From the NCBI GenBank assembly GCA_038046385.1, contig JBBSWH010000004.1, positions 9,291 through 73,290 on the forward strand: DNA of 64,000 nucleotides, in the 5' to 3' direction. Position numbers and translations under genes: made by a program. Under the pieces are notes generated by a model. That model was not told the DNA's origin and did not search any database. It saw only the letters and a program-made list of their open reading frames with translations. This document shows positions 46,396-54,246 of the stretch, one piece after another; the first letter of the stretch is position 1; each line of letters opens with the position of its first letter. The DNA comes from Nanobdellota archaeon. Its GTDB lineage: Archaea > Nanobdellota > Nanobdellia > Woesearchaeales > GW2011-AR4.

Positions 46396-47484
46396 TTATT
46401 TCTGCACAATCTCTGTTATGACAGGTGCCCTGTTCACGTTTGCCACTTTCACGCTTATTTCGTGCTCTGTGGTGTCCTGACCGTCGGTTGCGCTTACAAC
46501 AATAGTGTAAGTTCCAGCGCTGTCATAGCCGGTTTCCCAGGTAAATACATTGTCTTCCTGTGTAAACCTTGACTCGCTTATTGAGTATTCTAAGTTATCG
46601 TTGTCATCATCTGTTGCAAGAGCAGTTATTACTATAGTGTCTGTCTCGCTTGCGCTTATGTCAGCAATGCCTTCAAGCACAGGCTTCCTGTTTACATTCT
46701 TTACTTCAACAGACCATATCTTGCTTGCTAATGATATTCCGTCAGTCACATCAACTTTGACAGTGTGTGTTCCTGCGTCATCATAGGTTGTCTGGTAAGT
46801 ATATTGTGTTTCTGTGCCCACAGCATATCCGTCAATCTTCCATTCATATGAAAGCGTGTCGCTGTTAAGGTCTGATGACTCTGCGCTGAAATCCAATGAC
46901 TGTGTTTCGTCAGCCACAAGCCCGCTCTCGATTGGGTTTGAAGAGTCTATTGTTGGTGCTTCCTCTTTCTTGTTAACTATGATTAAAACATCTCTTGATG
47001 TTGTTGATTCACCGTCTGATACTGTAACAGTTACTGTGTACTCTCCGGCATCTCCGTATGTTGTCTGCCATTCTCCGCTTTCGGTTAATGGTGATGTGAA
47101 TGTGAATGCAAGCTTGCTGTCCTTGTCTGGGTCCTCTGCCTTTGGCACAAGATTGACAAGTTCTGTTTCTTCAACTAGTATTACAACTGCCTTTTCCTTT
47201 GGCATCTCTACTGGAAGTGCTTCGCTTGTTTCTTCAACTGGAATTTCTTCAGCAGTTTCTTCAGCTACTGATTCTTCAACAGGCTTTGTTTCTTCTGGAA
47301 CAACTTCTGTTTCAGTTACTTCTGTTTCTTCAGAGGTATCTGTTGTTTCCTGAGAGGTCTCTTTATCAGTATCTTCCTTGACAGCGTTACCTGTAGTGCC
47401 TGAAAATGTCTGGTAAACCTCGCAGCTGCTCAATAGAAACATAGAAACTATCAATAAAACAACAAGACCTTTGTTAAAAACCAT
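46396..47484 (-). CDS. Secreted surface protein, paralogous Ig-like repeats with acidic T/E-rich linker
   Basis: 362 aa. Signal/lipobox-like LLSSC, a TE-rich low-complexity linker, then repeats sharing GEWQTTYGDAGEYTVTVTVSDG with the adjacent gene. Confidence 0.7.
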   Translation of the reverse strand: MVFNKGLVVLLIVSMFLLSSCEVYQTFSGTTGNAVKEDTDKETSQETTDTSEETEVTETEVVPEETKPVEESVAEETAEEIPVEETSEALPVEMPKEKAVVILVEETELVNLVPKAEDPDKDSKLAFTFTSPLTESGEWQTTYGDAGEYTVTVTVSDGESTTSRDVLIIVNKKEEAPTIDSSNPIESGLVADETQSLDFSAESSDLNSDTLSYEWKIDGYAVGTETQYTYQTTYDDAGTHTVKVDVTDGISLASKIWSVEVKNVNRKPVLEGIADISASETDTIVITALATDDDNDNLEYSISESRFTQEDNVFTWETGYDSAGTYTIVVSATDGQDTTEHEISVKVANVNRAPVITEIVQK

Positions 47485-47704
47485 TATTTACCCCTCCGCA
47501 TATTTTTCATTTAAGTTAAATCTGAAAGTGTTGTTATTTTAGAATACTAACTTGTATTTAAACTTTGTGGTAGTTAAAATAGATTTTGGTGATTTTTGTC
47601 GAATGGAGATTCTTTTTTCAAAGAATTATTTAATAGTGATTATAGGAGTTATAAGATAATGGATTCTAAAAAGCCGGAGCACTATATATAGTATGTGATT
47701 TTGA

Positions 47705-47892
47705 CCACTGGACATCTCCGCCTAAGATATATAAAGGAGATTTACTTATAAAACTGAAAAAGAGAACACGCAAAACTGCTAAATTAAGTCTTTTGGTCTT
47801 TGACGCAAAAGCCTATTACGCAGTTTCGCTTCAAATTCTCTTTTTACTTAAATCCAAAGTTCCAAGAGTCAGAAACTTTGGAGGTGTCTAAT
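47705..47892 (+). repeat. Conserved promoter + structured 5' leader element, copy C
   Basis: CCACTGGACATCTCCGCCTAAGATATATAAAGG (TATA-like 47726..47734). P1 47757..47779 / 47820..47845. P2 CTTTTGGTCTTTGACGCAAAAG (47790..47811). P3 CCAAAGTT/AACTTTGG (47854..47881) overlaps GGAGGT (47880..47885). ATG at 47893. Confidence 0.85.
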
Positions 47893-48681
47893 ATGAAAGC
47901 GTTAAGTCAGGAGGAAATTGAGCAGATTTGTGGATTGTATAAAGAACATGGTAGTGTTAGGGCTGTAATAAAAAGAATGCCTGTGAGTAATGGGTCAGCA
48001 CACAAATATCTAACTTTAAAACACTTAATCAGAAAACAAAATATCGTCAGGGAATTAAAAACCCATGATGAGAGATTAATTGGGGTTTATGTTGGTCTTT
48101 GGATGGGTGATGGAACTCAGTACAAAGATGGGCATAGCTACACTATCAAAATATGCACAAATAGCGATGATGTAAACCTAAATAAATTTGTCAAAGATCT
48201 CATAATCCTAGTTTTTAATAAGAATACTTCATTGTTTAAGGAAAGGCACAGGAAAAGCGCTTATATAAAATTCAGCTCTAGGTTTATTTTTGAATTCATT
48301 CATGATTATGTTGTTTATGATGAAAAGAAGAAAACATATACTGTAGGGCTAAGGAAAAGGGCTAATGCATATCCAAAAGAATTTCGTGAAGGATGCTTGC
48401 TGGGTTTAGCATTAAGTGATGGATATCTTAAAAATAATTTTGTTTTTACTGTTTCATCTGCCAGATTGGCTAGAAATATGTATGATTTATTGGCCGGATT
48501 TAGGTACAATCCCTGTTCAAGCTTAGATAGGAGAGAAAAATACCACAACAACATCATGTATTCAATAAAGCTTACTAAGCCAGATAGCATGGCTTTGAAT
48601 GTCTTTTTAGACAAAGTCATTAGAAGTTTAGGATATACTTATTCTTTTAAGGAATTGAAATATGGGCCCGGTGAGATTTGA
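47893..48681 (+). CDS. Free-standing double-motif LAGLIDADG homing-endonuclease-like protein (second, non-orthologous copy)
   Basis: Track ORF 47800..48681 (TTG start) reads through the conserved leader. SD + ATG at 47893 (MKALSQEEIEQI...) is preferred. Motifs are IGVYVGLWMGDGTQ and CLLGLALSDGYL, with an N-terminal HTH-like segment. The last 19 bp overlap the 3' end of tRNA-Ile. Confidence 0.8.
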   Translation: MKALSQEEIEQICGLYKEHGSVRAVIKRMPVSNGSAHKYLTLKHLIRKQNIVRELKTHDERLIGVYVGLWMGDGTQYKDGHSYTIKICTNSDDVNLNKFVKDLIILVFNKNTSLFKERHRKSAYIKFSSRFIFEFIHDYVVYDEKKKTYTVGLRKRANAYPKEFREGCLLGLALSDGYLKNNFVFTVSSARLARNMYDLLAGFRYNPCSSLDRREKYHNNIMYSIKLTKPDSMALNVFLDKVIRSLGYTYSFKELKYGPGEI

Positions 48682-48751
48682 ACTCATGGCCTCACGATAT
48701 CAGACTGAATGATATCAGTCGTGCGCTCTAACCAAGCTGAGCTACGGGCCC
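48663..48751 (-). tRNA. tRNA-Ile(GAU) with a 14-nt intron at or near the canonical position
   Basis: Minus strand reads GGGCCCGTAGCTCAGCTTGGTTAGAGCGCACGACTGATA[TCATTCAGTCTGAT]ATCGTGAGGCCATGAGTTCAAATCTCACCGGGCCCA. Confidence 0.85.
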
Positions 48752-48802
48752 GTAGTTTTGAAGAAATTATGCCGATTTATAAAGCTTGTTGAGAATAAAA
48801 AA

Positions 48803-48891
48803 CGCCCCCGGTCAGACTCGAACTGACGACCTTATCGTCTCTCTGAATAAATCATAACAGCGATACGCTCTACCTGCTGAGCTACAGGGGC
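48803..48891 (-). tRNA. tRNA-Asn(GUU) with a 16-nt intron at the canonical position
   Basis: Minus strand reads GCCCCTGTAGCTCAGCAGGTAGAGCGTATCGCTGTTA[TGATTTATTCAGAGAG]ACGATAAGGTCGTCAGTTCGAGTCTGACCGGGGGCG. Confidence 0.85.
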
Positions 48892-48931
48892 ATAATTAAA
48901 AGGATAAAAATTCTATTTAAAAAGCTTTAGC

Positions 48932-49345
48932 TTAATTTATGCCTACAACCTTAACTTTGAAGTTAAGCTCTTTGCCTGCCAGCGGATGATTCAAGTCTAT
49001 TTTTATGATGTCTTTTGTCACTTCAGCCACGACTGCAGGTATTGTCTGTCCCTGCGGTCCTTTAAGCATAAGTCTTCCGCCAACTTCCACTTCCTGTGAG
49101 AATTTTTCTTTTGGAACTGTTATTATCAATTCTTTTTGTGCTTCTCCGTAAGCTTCTTTTGGGACTATCTTGATTGTTTTTTCCTCGTTTAGCTTCATTC
49201 CTTTAATGCCGTTTTCAAATCCCGGAATAACCTGCTTTGCTCCTATCTCAAACTCCAACGGGTCTTTTCCTTCCGATGAATCAAATACCTTTCCGTCGCT
49301 TAACGTTCCTGTGTAATGGACTTTTACCTTATCGCCTTGTTTCAT
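48932..49345 (-). CDS. FKBP-type peptidyl-prolyl cis-trans isomerase (SlyD-like, short)
   Basis: 137 aa with KVKVHYTGTLSDGKVFDSS and an IF-insert-like region. Confidence 0.88.
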   Translation of the reverse strand: MKQGDKVKVHYTGTLSDGKVFDSSEGKDPLEFEIGAKQVIPGFENGIKGMKLNEEKTIKIVPKEAYGEAQKELIITVPKEKFSQEVEVGGRLMLKGPQGQTIPAVVAEVTKDIIKIDLNHPLAGKELNFKVKVVGIN

Positions 49346-49433
49346 GATAAATCACCTTCATCGCAGAATTAAATTATTATATTTAAGGGTTTGGATGTAT
49401 AAATTTAAATAGTAAAAAATAAAGACTACATAA

Positions 49434-50009
49434 ATGATTCAAATAAATTGGATAGAACTATCAACTAACTTAGGGATACTTGTTGGAATAATCATTGCAG
49501 TTTATGTTTACAATAAAATTATCAATTCTTCGTGGATGAAGAGTGTCATAGAAAATAAGAAATTTGAGGCAGTTATCGAAAAGATAAAAGAGTATATTCC
49601 AAAATTGCTTTTTTTCTGTTTTGTTGCTACAATAATCATAGGAGTTATGAATTACTTAGACAACCCAGATAAAAATGTTATTTTAGAATTCTCATCAAAA
49701 TTATCTATAACAGGTTTAACTTTAGGCGCTTTTTCTATTGCAATTGCCACTTTTATAAATCAAGCTAAAAAAGAAGGTTTAAGCGATGAAGCAATGAGAT
49801 ATAGACACTTGTCTGAAAATTTTATACTAAGTGGACTTTACTTCATGTTTACTTACTTCTTCTGGTTAGTTCAAGGTTTTTATATTGTTAAAGAAGGAAT
49901 TTATAAAAATGTAGGAGTTATTTATCAATTACTAGCTTATTTAGCAATAATTTTTGGGATTATTTTCTTACTAAAGGGTATGTATAGTTTATTAAAAGAA
50001 AATAGTTGA
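49434..50009 (+). CDS. Hypothetical integral membrane protein
   Basis: 191 aa with about 5 hydrophobic helices. No family recognised. Confidence 0.45.
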   Translation: MIQINWIELSTNLGILVGIIIAVYVYNKIINSSWMKSVIENKKFEAVIEKIKEYIPKLLFFCFVATIIIGVMNYLDNPDKNVILEFSSKLSITGLTLGAFSIAIATFINQAKKEGLSDEAMRYRHLSENFILSGLYFMFTYFFWLVQGFYIVKEGIYKNVGVIYQLLAYLAIIFGIIFLLKGMYSLLKENS

Positions 50010-51506
50010 CTAAACTCCCACTCTCTTCTCCACCGCAACCTTCCCAATAATACTTCTTAGCATATGTCCCGTTATCTCTAAATCATAAAACTGCTTCAAT
50101 GGTATACGACCCTTTACACCAACAATTATAGGATATGTTCCGAATTGGCGACAAAAAGTTGTTTTTCCATCATAGATTTCAGCCCAGCAGTTTGTCAAGA
50201 CTGTTCCTGTTGGAATAACCCTTTGCAGCATTGGCCAGTCTATCTTCTGGCGGATTTCATTTCGCCATTTCCAGTACATCTTTTTGTTCTTGCGCAAGAA
50301 CTTGTCTTTGCCTTCATTAAACAATGAAGTTCCTTCAAAGATTGCAACCTGACGTATATTAATACGACGCAGCATCAATCCTTCATCATAAATGCGCTTA
50401 AGCCATGACATATTCTCAAAGTGTGTTTTCTTTGTCTCATTGCGAAGCCCAAATATGATATTAATCCCCGGCAAGAATTTAGGCATTCCGTCGCTTCCTC
50501 TCTCGCCGCCAAACTGATTAAGTATCTTGATTGCTTCATACGCAACGGCAGGTGACGTATTAAGAGAATTAGCTTTTACAACTTCCATGTCAAAAGATTC
50601 AACGCCAAACGCAGCTATATTGCCCGACGTGCAATATTTAACAATTGCTTTTGTTATTTTAAAATCGTTTTTCTTATCCATTACAACTTTAACAGGATTT
50701 ACATTGTCAAGATGCAGTACTTTAATGTCGGGGCATTTATTATGAATTTCTTCAAGCAGTTCAGCAGCATAAGGTATTGTATAAAAGCAAGTTTGTTTTC
50801 CCAGCCTAAAGAATCTAGCGCCAAGATTGTAAAATTCAACCACTTCATTCAAAACATCTTCTTTTGCGCGAAATTCAACCTTATTCTTCAAAGGCTCTGT
50901 GCAAAACGAGCATTTCCCTATATCGCACCCGTGTCCTGTTTCGATTTCAATCATCCTATGGTCAGGAATCTGTTTGATTATAGAAGCGCCTTTCAATGCG
51001 TACTTTCCAACATCCTTGTAAAGAAAATTAAACATCTCGTAAGAAACTTTGTTAAACACAGAAAGATCAGCTTTCTCAAAGAACTTGCCGCCAAACAGCT
51101 GTGTTCCAAACACAGCAGGTCCTGTAAGTATTTTCTCGCACTTCAAATCCTGAATCATCGGAATTATCTCGTGCAAAGTGCCGGGTATTGCAGAAAGATA
51201 TTTGCCGGGAACATGAACACCAAGCACAATGATTAAAGTGTCTGTCTCTGAAAGAATTTTTGGAACATCTTTGTAATTAGAAGTCAAATTATATGTTGTT
51301 ATGTCTGTTTTTTGGTGCGGTTTTGTTTCTTTGATTACTCCATTATTCTTCTTCCACAGCCTTAAATCATCAATAGTAAGATAATTAACTTCTTCATTCA
51401 AATATCCAGCCACATACCTTGGATAAGTGCCAAGATATGGAGGGACTCCAAGTCCGGCAGGTTCGTCTGTGTAGCAGTCAACAATTGTATAAACCATATA
51501 GAACAA
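50010..51506 (-). CDS. Radical SAM domain protein
   Basis: 498 aa. The Cys cluster GHGCDIGKCSFCTEP sits in a TIM-barrel-like context. Subfamily not assignable by eye. Confidence 0.65.
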   Translation of the reverse strand: MFYMVYTIVDCYTDEPAGLGVPPYLGTYPRYVAGYLNEEVNYLTIDDLRLWKKNNGVIKETKPHQKTDITTYNLTSNYKDVPKILSETDTLIIVLGVHVPGKYLSAIPGTLHEIIPMIQDLKCEKILTGPAVFGTQLFGGKFFEKADLSVFNKVSYEMFNFLYKDVGKYALKGASIIKQIPDHRMIEIETGHGCDIGKCSFCTEPLKNKVEFRAKEDVLNEVVEFYNLGARFFRLGKQTCFYTIPYAAELLEEIHNKCPDIKVLHLDNVNPVKVVMDKKNDFKITKAIVKYCTSGNIAAFGVESFDMEVVKANSLNTSPAVAYEAIKILNQFGGERGSDGMPKFLPGINIIFGLRNETKKTHFENMSWLKRIYDEGLMLRRINIRQVAIFEGTSLFNEGKDKFLRKNKKMYWKWRNEIRQKIDWPMLQRVIPTGTVLTNCWAEIYDGKTTFCRQFGTYPIIVGVKGRIPLKQFYDLEITGHMLRSIIGKVAVEKRVGV

Positions 51507-51533
51507 GTATCCCCGACGGCTTTAAAAGGTTTA

Positions 51534-52181
51534 TTATGATTTCTTCAAACTGTCAAGAAGTCTCTTGGCAGCAGCGGCCCTGTCCTTGTCTCCAAAAATG
51601 TAAGCGCCTGCTACAAACACATTCGCGCCTGCATCCTTCGAAATTGCTGCAGTAATATGATTGATTCCGCCGTCCACTTCAATGTCAATCTTAGGATTTA
51701 ATTTTCTAAGTTCTCTGACTTTGTCCATCATCTCTGAAATAAAAGATTGTCCGCCCCATCCTGGCTCTACGGTCATCACAAGCACCATGTCAACATGGTC
51801 AAGATATTTCTTGATAGAATCAACAGAAGTTTTTGGTTTTATTGAAATCGCAGCCTTTACATTTTTGCTCTTGATATAAGAAATCTGCTTCATAGGATCA
51901 TTGCATCCTTCAACATGGATTGTGATTGAAGCAGCGCCCGCATCAATAAACCCCTGTATGTATGAATTTGATGGCTCGTGCACCATGAGATGAACATCAA
52001 GCGGAACTTTTGTTTTTATCTTGGAAACAAATGCAGCATCAATTGTTGTTGGCGGAACAAATATGCCGTCCATTATGTCAACATGAATCAAATCAGAATA
52101 TTCCTCAACCTGTTTTATCTCGCTGTTTATCTTTATCTTGTCAGCAGACAATATCGAAGGCGCTAGTTTTATCTTTGGCAT
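51534..52181 (-). CDS. rpe: Ribulose-phosphate 3-epimerase
   Basis: 215 aa with LAPSILSAD, HVDIMDGIFVP and MTVEPGWGGQSF. Confidence 0.92.
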   Translation of the reverse strand: MPKIKLAPSILSADKIKINSEIKQVEEYSDLIHVDIMDGIFVPPTTIDAAFVSKIKTKVPLDVHLMVHEPSNSYIQGFIDAGAASITIHVEGCNDPMKQISYIKSKNVKAAISIKPKTSVDSIKKYLDHVDMVLVMTVEPGWGGQSFISEMMDKVRELRKLNPKIDIEVDGGINHITAAISKDAGANVFVAGAYIFGDKDRAAAAKRLLDSLKKS

Positions 52182-52291
52182 TTTTAATTGTTGATTTTAT
52201 TTGATGTTTTTATTTTGATTTAGTTATTAATTTTTATTATTTAATGTTATTTGTTAATGAGTTTTATTTTATTGGATCATATTTTTATTTT

Positions 52292-52347
52292 CCCGTTCGG
52301 CTTCGCCTCACAATAGTTACGCTCGCTGGCACCATAACCAGCTCGCC
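52292..52347 (-). repeat. Conserved two-hairpin motif, copy 2
   Basis: Minus strand reads GGCGAGCTGGTTATGGTGCCAGCGAGCGTAACTATTGTGAGGCGAAGCCGAACGGG. Co-oriented with the flanking genes, as copy 1 is. Confidence 0.55.
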
Positions 52348-52379
52348 AATTATTTATAATAATAGATAATCGGTATAAT

Positions 52380-52838
52380 TTATATTTCTTTTGAAAACAA
52401 CTCTTTCATCAGCTTAAGAGCAATCTCTCTCTTCTTTGGAAAGGCAGCAACGCTTATTCTCATATGGAAGCAGCTTCCGGAATCTGTAATCATGATTTTT
52501 CTTTCATTTATCCATGTTTCCTTGTCTATCCTTAAAAAGAAATGCAAACCTGAATCCAATCTTGACTCAAGCTGCGAAATTATCATTGACTTGTCAACAT
52601 CTTTTATTTTAGAAACCAATGAAAAAAGAAGATCATTCACGAGCTTTTGCCTGTCGAGATTGACTTCCAAAATCTCTATTTTATTTTCACTAACACCTTC
52701 TGCATTTGTCTTCTCAACCTTGACCTTGCTCTTTTCAAGGTTAAAAGGAAACAATTCAAGAAAGGCATTAAAATTAGATTCTTTATTTTCGTTCTCGTGA
52801 GAAAAAACAGATATTTTTACGTTGTGAGCGTATTTCAT
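52380..52838 (-). CDS. Conserved archaeal protein, possibly the COG1325-type predicted RNA-binding/exosome-associated family
   Basis: 152 aa. Starts KYAHNVKISVFSHE. Lies next to the UPF0147, prefoldin, rpoP and rpl37ae genes. The family call rests on context and weak recall. Confidence 0.45.
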   Translation of the reverse strand: MKYAHNVKISVFSHENENKESNFNAFLELFPFNLEKSKVKVEKTNAEGVSENKIEILEVNLDRQKLVNDLLFSLVSKIKDVDKSMIISQLESRLDSGLHFFLRIDKETWINERKIMITDSGSCFHMRISVAAFPKKREIALKLMKELFSKEI

Positions 52839-52844
52839 ATAAGG

Positions 52845-53099
52845 TTAATTGAACTTTTCAAGCATGCTGATTATGTTCCACAATTGTGTTCTTGTGTAGG
52901 ATTGTAAATTAACATCGTTTGCAAGCTCATCAAGCTCGCTTAAAGCGCGGCTGACCTTTATCTGGATTTCAGTTTCTTCTTTCATTGCAGTTATAACAAC
53001 CTGCACCTTTGCCCTTACATTTCTAGGAACAGTCGAGTCTTCCTGTAGCTCATTCAGGTTGTGGATGATTGCGTCAACTTCAATTATTTGTTCTGCCAT
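52845..53099 (-). CDS. UPF0147-family small helical protein
   Basis: 84 aa. The blocks DSTVPRNVRAKVQVVITAM and LDELANDVNLQSYTRTQLWNIISMLE resemble the archaeal UPF0147 family. Confidence 0.6.
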   Translation of the reverse strand: MAEQIIEVDAIIHNLNELQEDSTVPRNVRAKVQVVITAMKEETEIQIKVSRALSELDELANDVNLQSYTRTQLWNIISMLEKFN

Positions 53100-53101
53100 G
53101 T

Positions 53102-53434
53102 TTACTCTTTCTTCATGTGCTTCATAATCTCGCCCTGAAGTGCAGATGCTTTTTCTCTTATCTGGGTTTCCTGCTTTTCTATGGATTTCATCCTTAATTC
53201 AAGCACTTCTTTTTTTGACTCTAAATCGGCTTTTAATTCGTCTTTGTCGGCTTCAACCATTATGTTGCCAACGATCTTATAAGATTTATCGGTAGTTTCA
53301 AGCTCATTCAAAGCAGACTCAATCTCAACAAACTGCATCTGGAACTGCTGTTTCTGCCCAAGAAAACTCTGCAGGCTTTGCTCAAACATCTGAAGCTGCC
53401 CTATCTTCTGCTCTGTATCTTGTGAGACTTCCAT
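53102..53434 (-). CDS. pfdB: Prefoldin subunit beta
   Basis: 110 aa coiled-coil/beta-hairpin/coiled-coil: QKIGQLQMFEQSLQSFLGQKQQFQMQFVEIESALNELE...YKIVGNIMVE. Confidence 0.8.
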   Translation of the reverse strand: MEVSQDTEQKIGQLQMFEQSLQSFLGQKQQFQMQFVEIESALNELETTDKSYKIVGNIMVEADKDELKADLESKKEVLELRMKSIEKQETQIREKASALQGEIMKHMKKE

Positions 53435-53462
53435 TTTTAGTTATAAATAAAATAAGTTCTGT

Positions 53463-53600
53463 TTATTTGGACTTTACTTTTGTCCCTACGCCCCTTGGCT
53501 TGAAAAGTATTTTGCTTCCGCAGTACGGGCATCTTATTCTTTTTCTGAGATAATCTGTTGCAACCTTCTTGTTGCAATCAAAACATTTGTATTCTGCCAT
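53463..53600 (-). CDS. rpoP: DNA-directed RNA polymerase subunit P (Rpo12)
   Basis: Below the track cut-off. Translation is MAEYKCFDCNKKVATDYLRKRIRCPYCGSKILFKPRGVGTKVKSK. It has a CxxC...CxxC zinc ribbon with typical RpoP length and tail. Starts immediately after the rpl37ae stop. Confidence 0.75.
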   Translation of the reverse strand: MAEYKCFDCNKKVATDYLRKRIRCPYCGSKILFKPRGVGTKVKSK

Positions 53601-53912
53601 TTATTCCGCCTCTGTGCTTTCTTCTTCCTGTTCTGTTGTTTCCTCTTCAACAGGCTTCTCTTCCATTACTTCTTTTTCTTTCACCACTATCTTCTTTGTG
53701 ACAGAATAAGCCTTTCCTGTGAACTTTGCTTCGCACTTCCTGCAGTGCCATATCCCTACGGCTATTCTCTTTACAGTGACATTGTTGCAGTATGGGCATT
53801 TGTGCTTTTTTCTCTGCTCAGCCTCTATTTTAGAAAATTGCAATTTTGGTTTTCTTCCGTACCTTGCTCCAAATCTTTTTACAGATCCTAGATTTCCTTC
53901 TGTTTTTGCCAT
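53601..53912 (-). CDS. rpl37ae: Ribosomal protein L37Ae (eL43) with acidic C-terminal extension
   Basis: 103 aa with RFGARYGRK and zinc ribbon CPYCN...CRKC. Has an extra about 30-aa E-rich tail. Confidence 0.9.
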   Translation of the reverse strand: MAKTEGNLGSVKRFGARYGRKPKLQFSKIEAEQRKKHKCPYCNNVTVKRIAVGIWHCRKCEAKFTGKAYSVTKKIVVKEKEVMEEKPVEEETTEQEEESTEAE

Positions 53913-53934
53913 TTTGTTGTTAAATATTTTTGAA

Positions 53935-54091
53935 TGGGGCTGCCCGGACTTTCATAGCGTCTTACATCGTTCCGCATGATTGAAAATCATGCATTGCATG
54001 CTTTTCCCAAGGGTTTTTGCAAAACGCTTTTTTGAACCGGGGTCTTCTGGTCCCAAACCAGAAAGGATGTTCCAAGCTACCCTACAGCCCC
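53935..54091 (-). tRNA. tRNA-Pro(UGG) with a long (about 84 nt) T-loop intron
   Basis: Minus strand reads GGGGCTGTAGGGTAGCTTGGAACATCCTTTCTGGTTTGGGACCAGAAGACCCCGGTTCAAA[AAAGCGTTTTGC...GACGCTATGAAA]GTCCGGGCAGCCCCA. Anticodon arm is TCTGG-TTTGGGA-CCAGA. The T stem CCCGG/CCGGG is split by the insert. Confidence 0.78.
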
Positions 54092-54246
54092 AGTGAGCAG
54101 CTATTATCAAAGCTTAAGGGAAAGTTTTGGCTTTTTAAATGTATCTGTATCTTTGAATGTATTGGCTGCTGTTGTGCAGACATATTTAGGTACATCTACT
54201 CTAAAATAGTAAAAGTTATATTCAGGATGCCCAATCAGAGTATAAA

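Noticed and set aside
47800-47892. TTG-initiated N-terminal extension of the second LAGLIDADG ORF through the leader
   Set aside because: The extension covers sequence conserved at the nucleotide level with copy B, where the same frame is closed by TAA at 36355..36357. A GGAGGT plus ATG at 47893 matches the arrangement in the other two copies.
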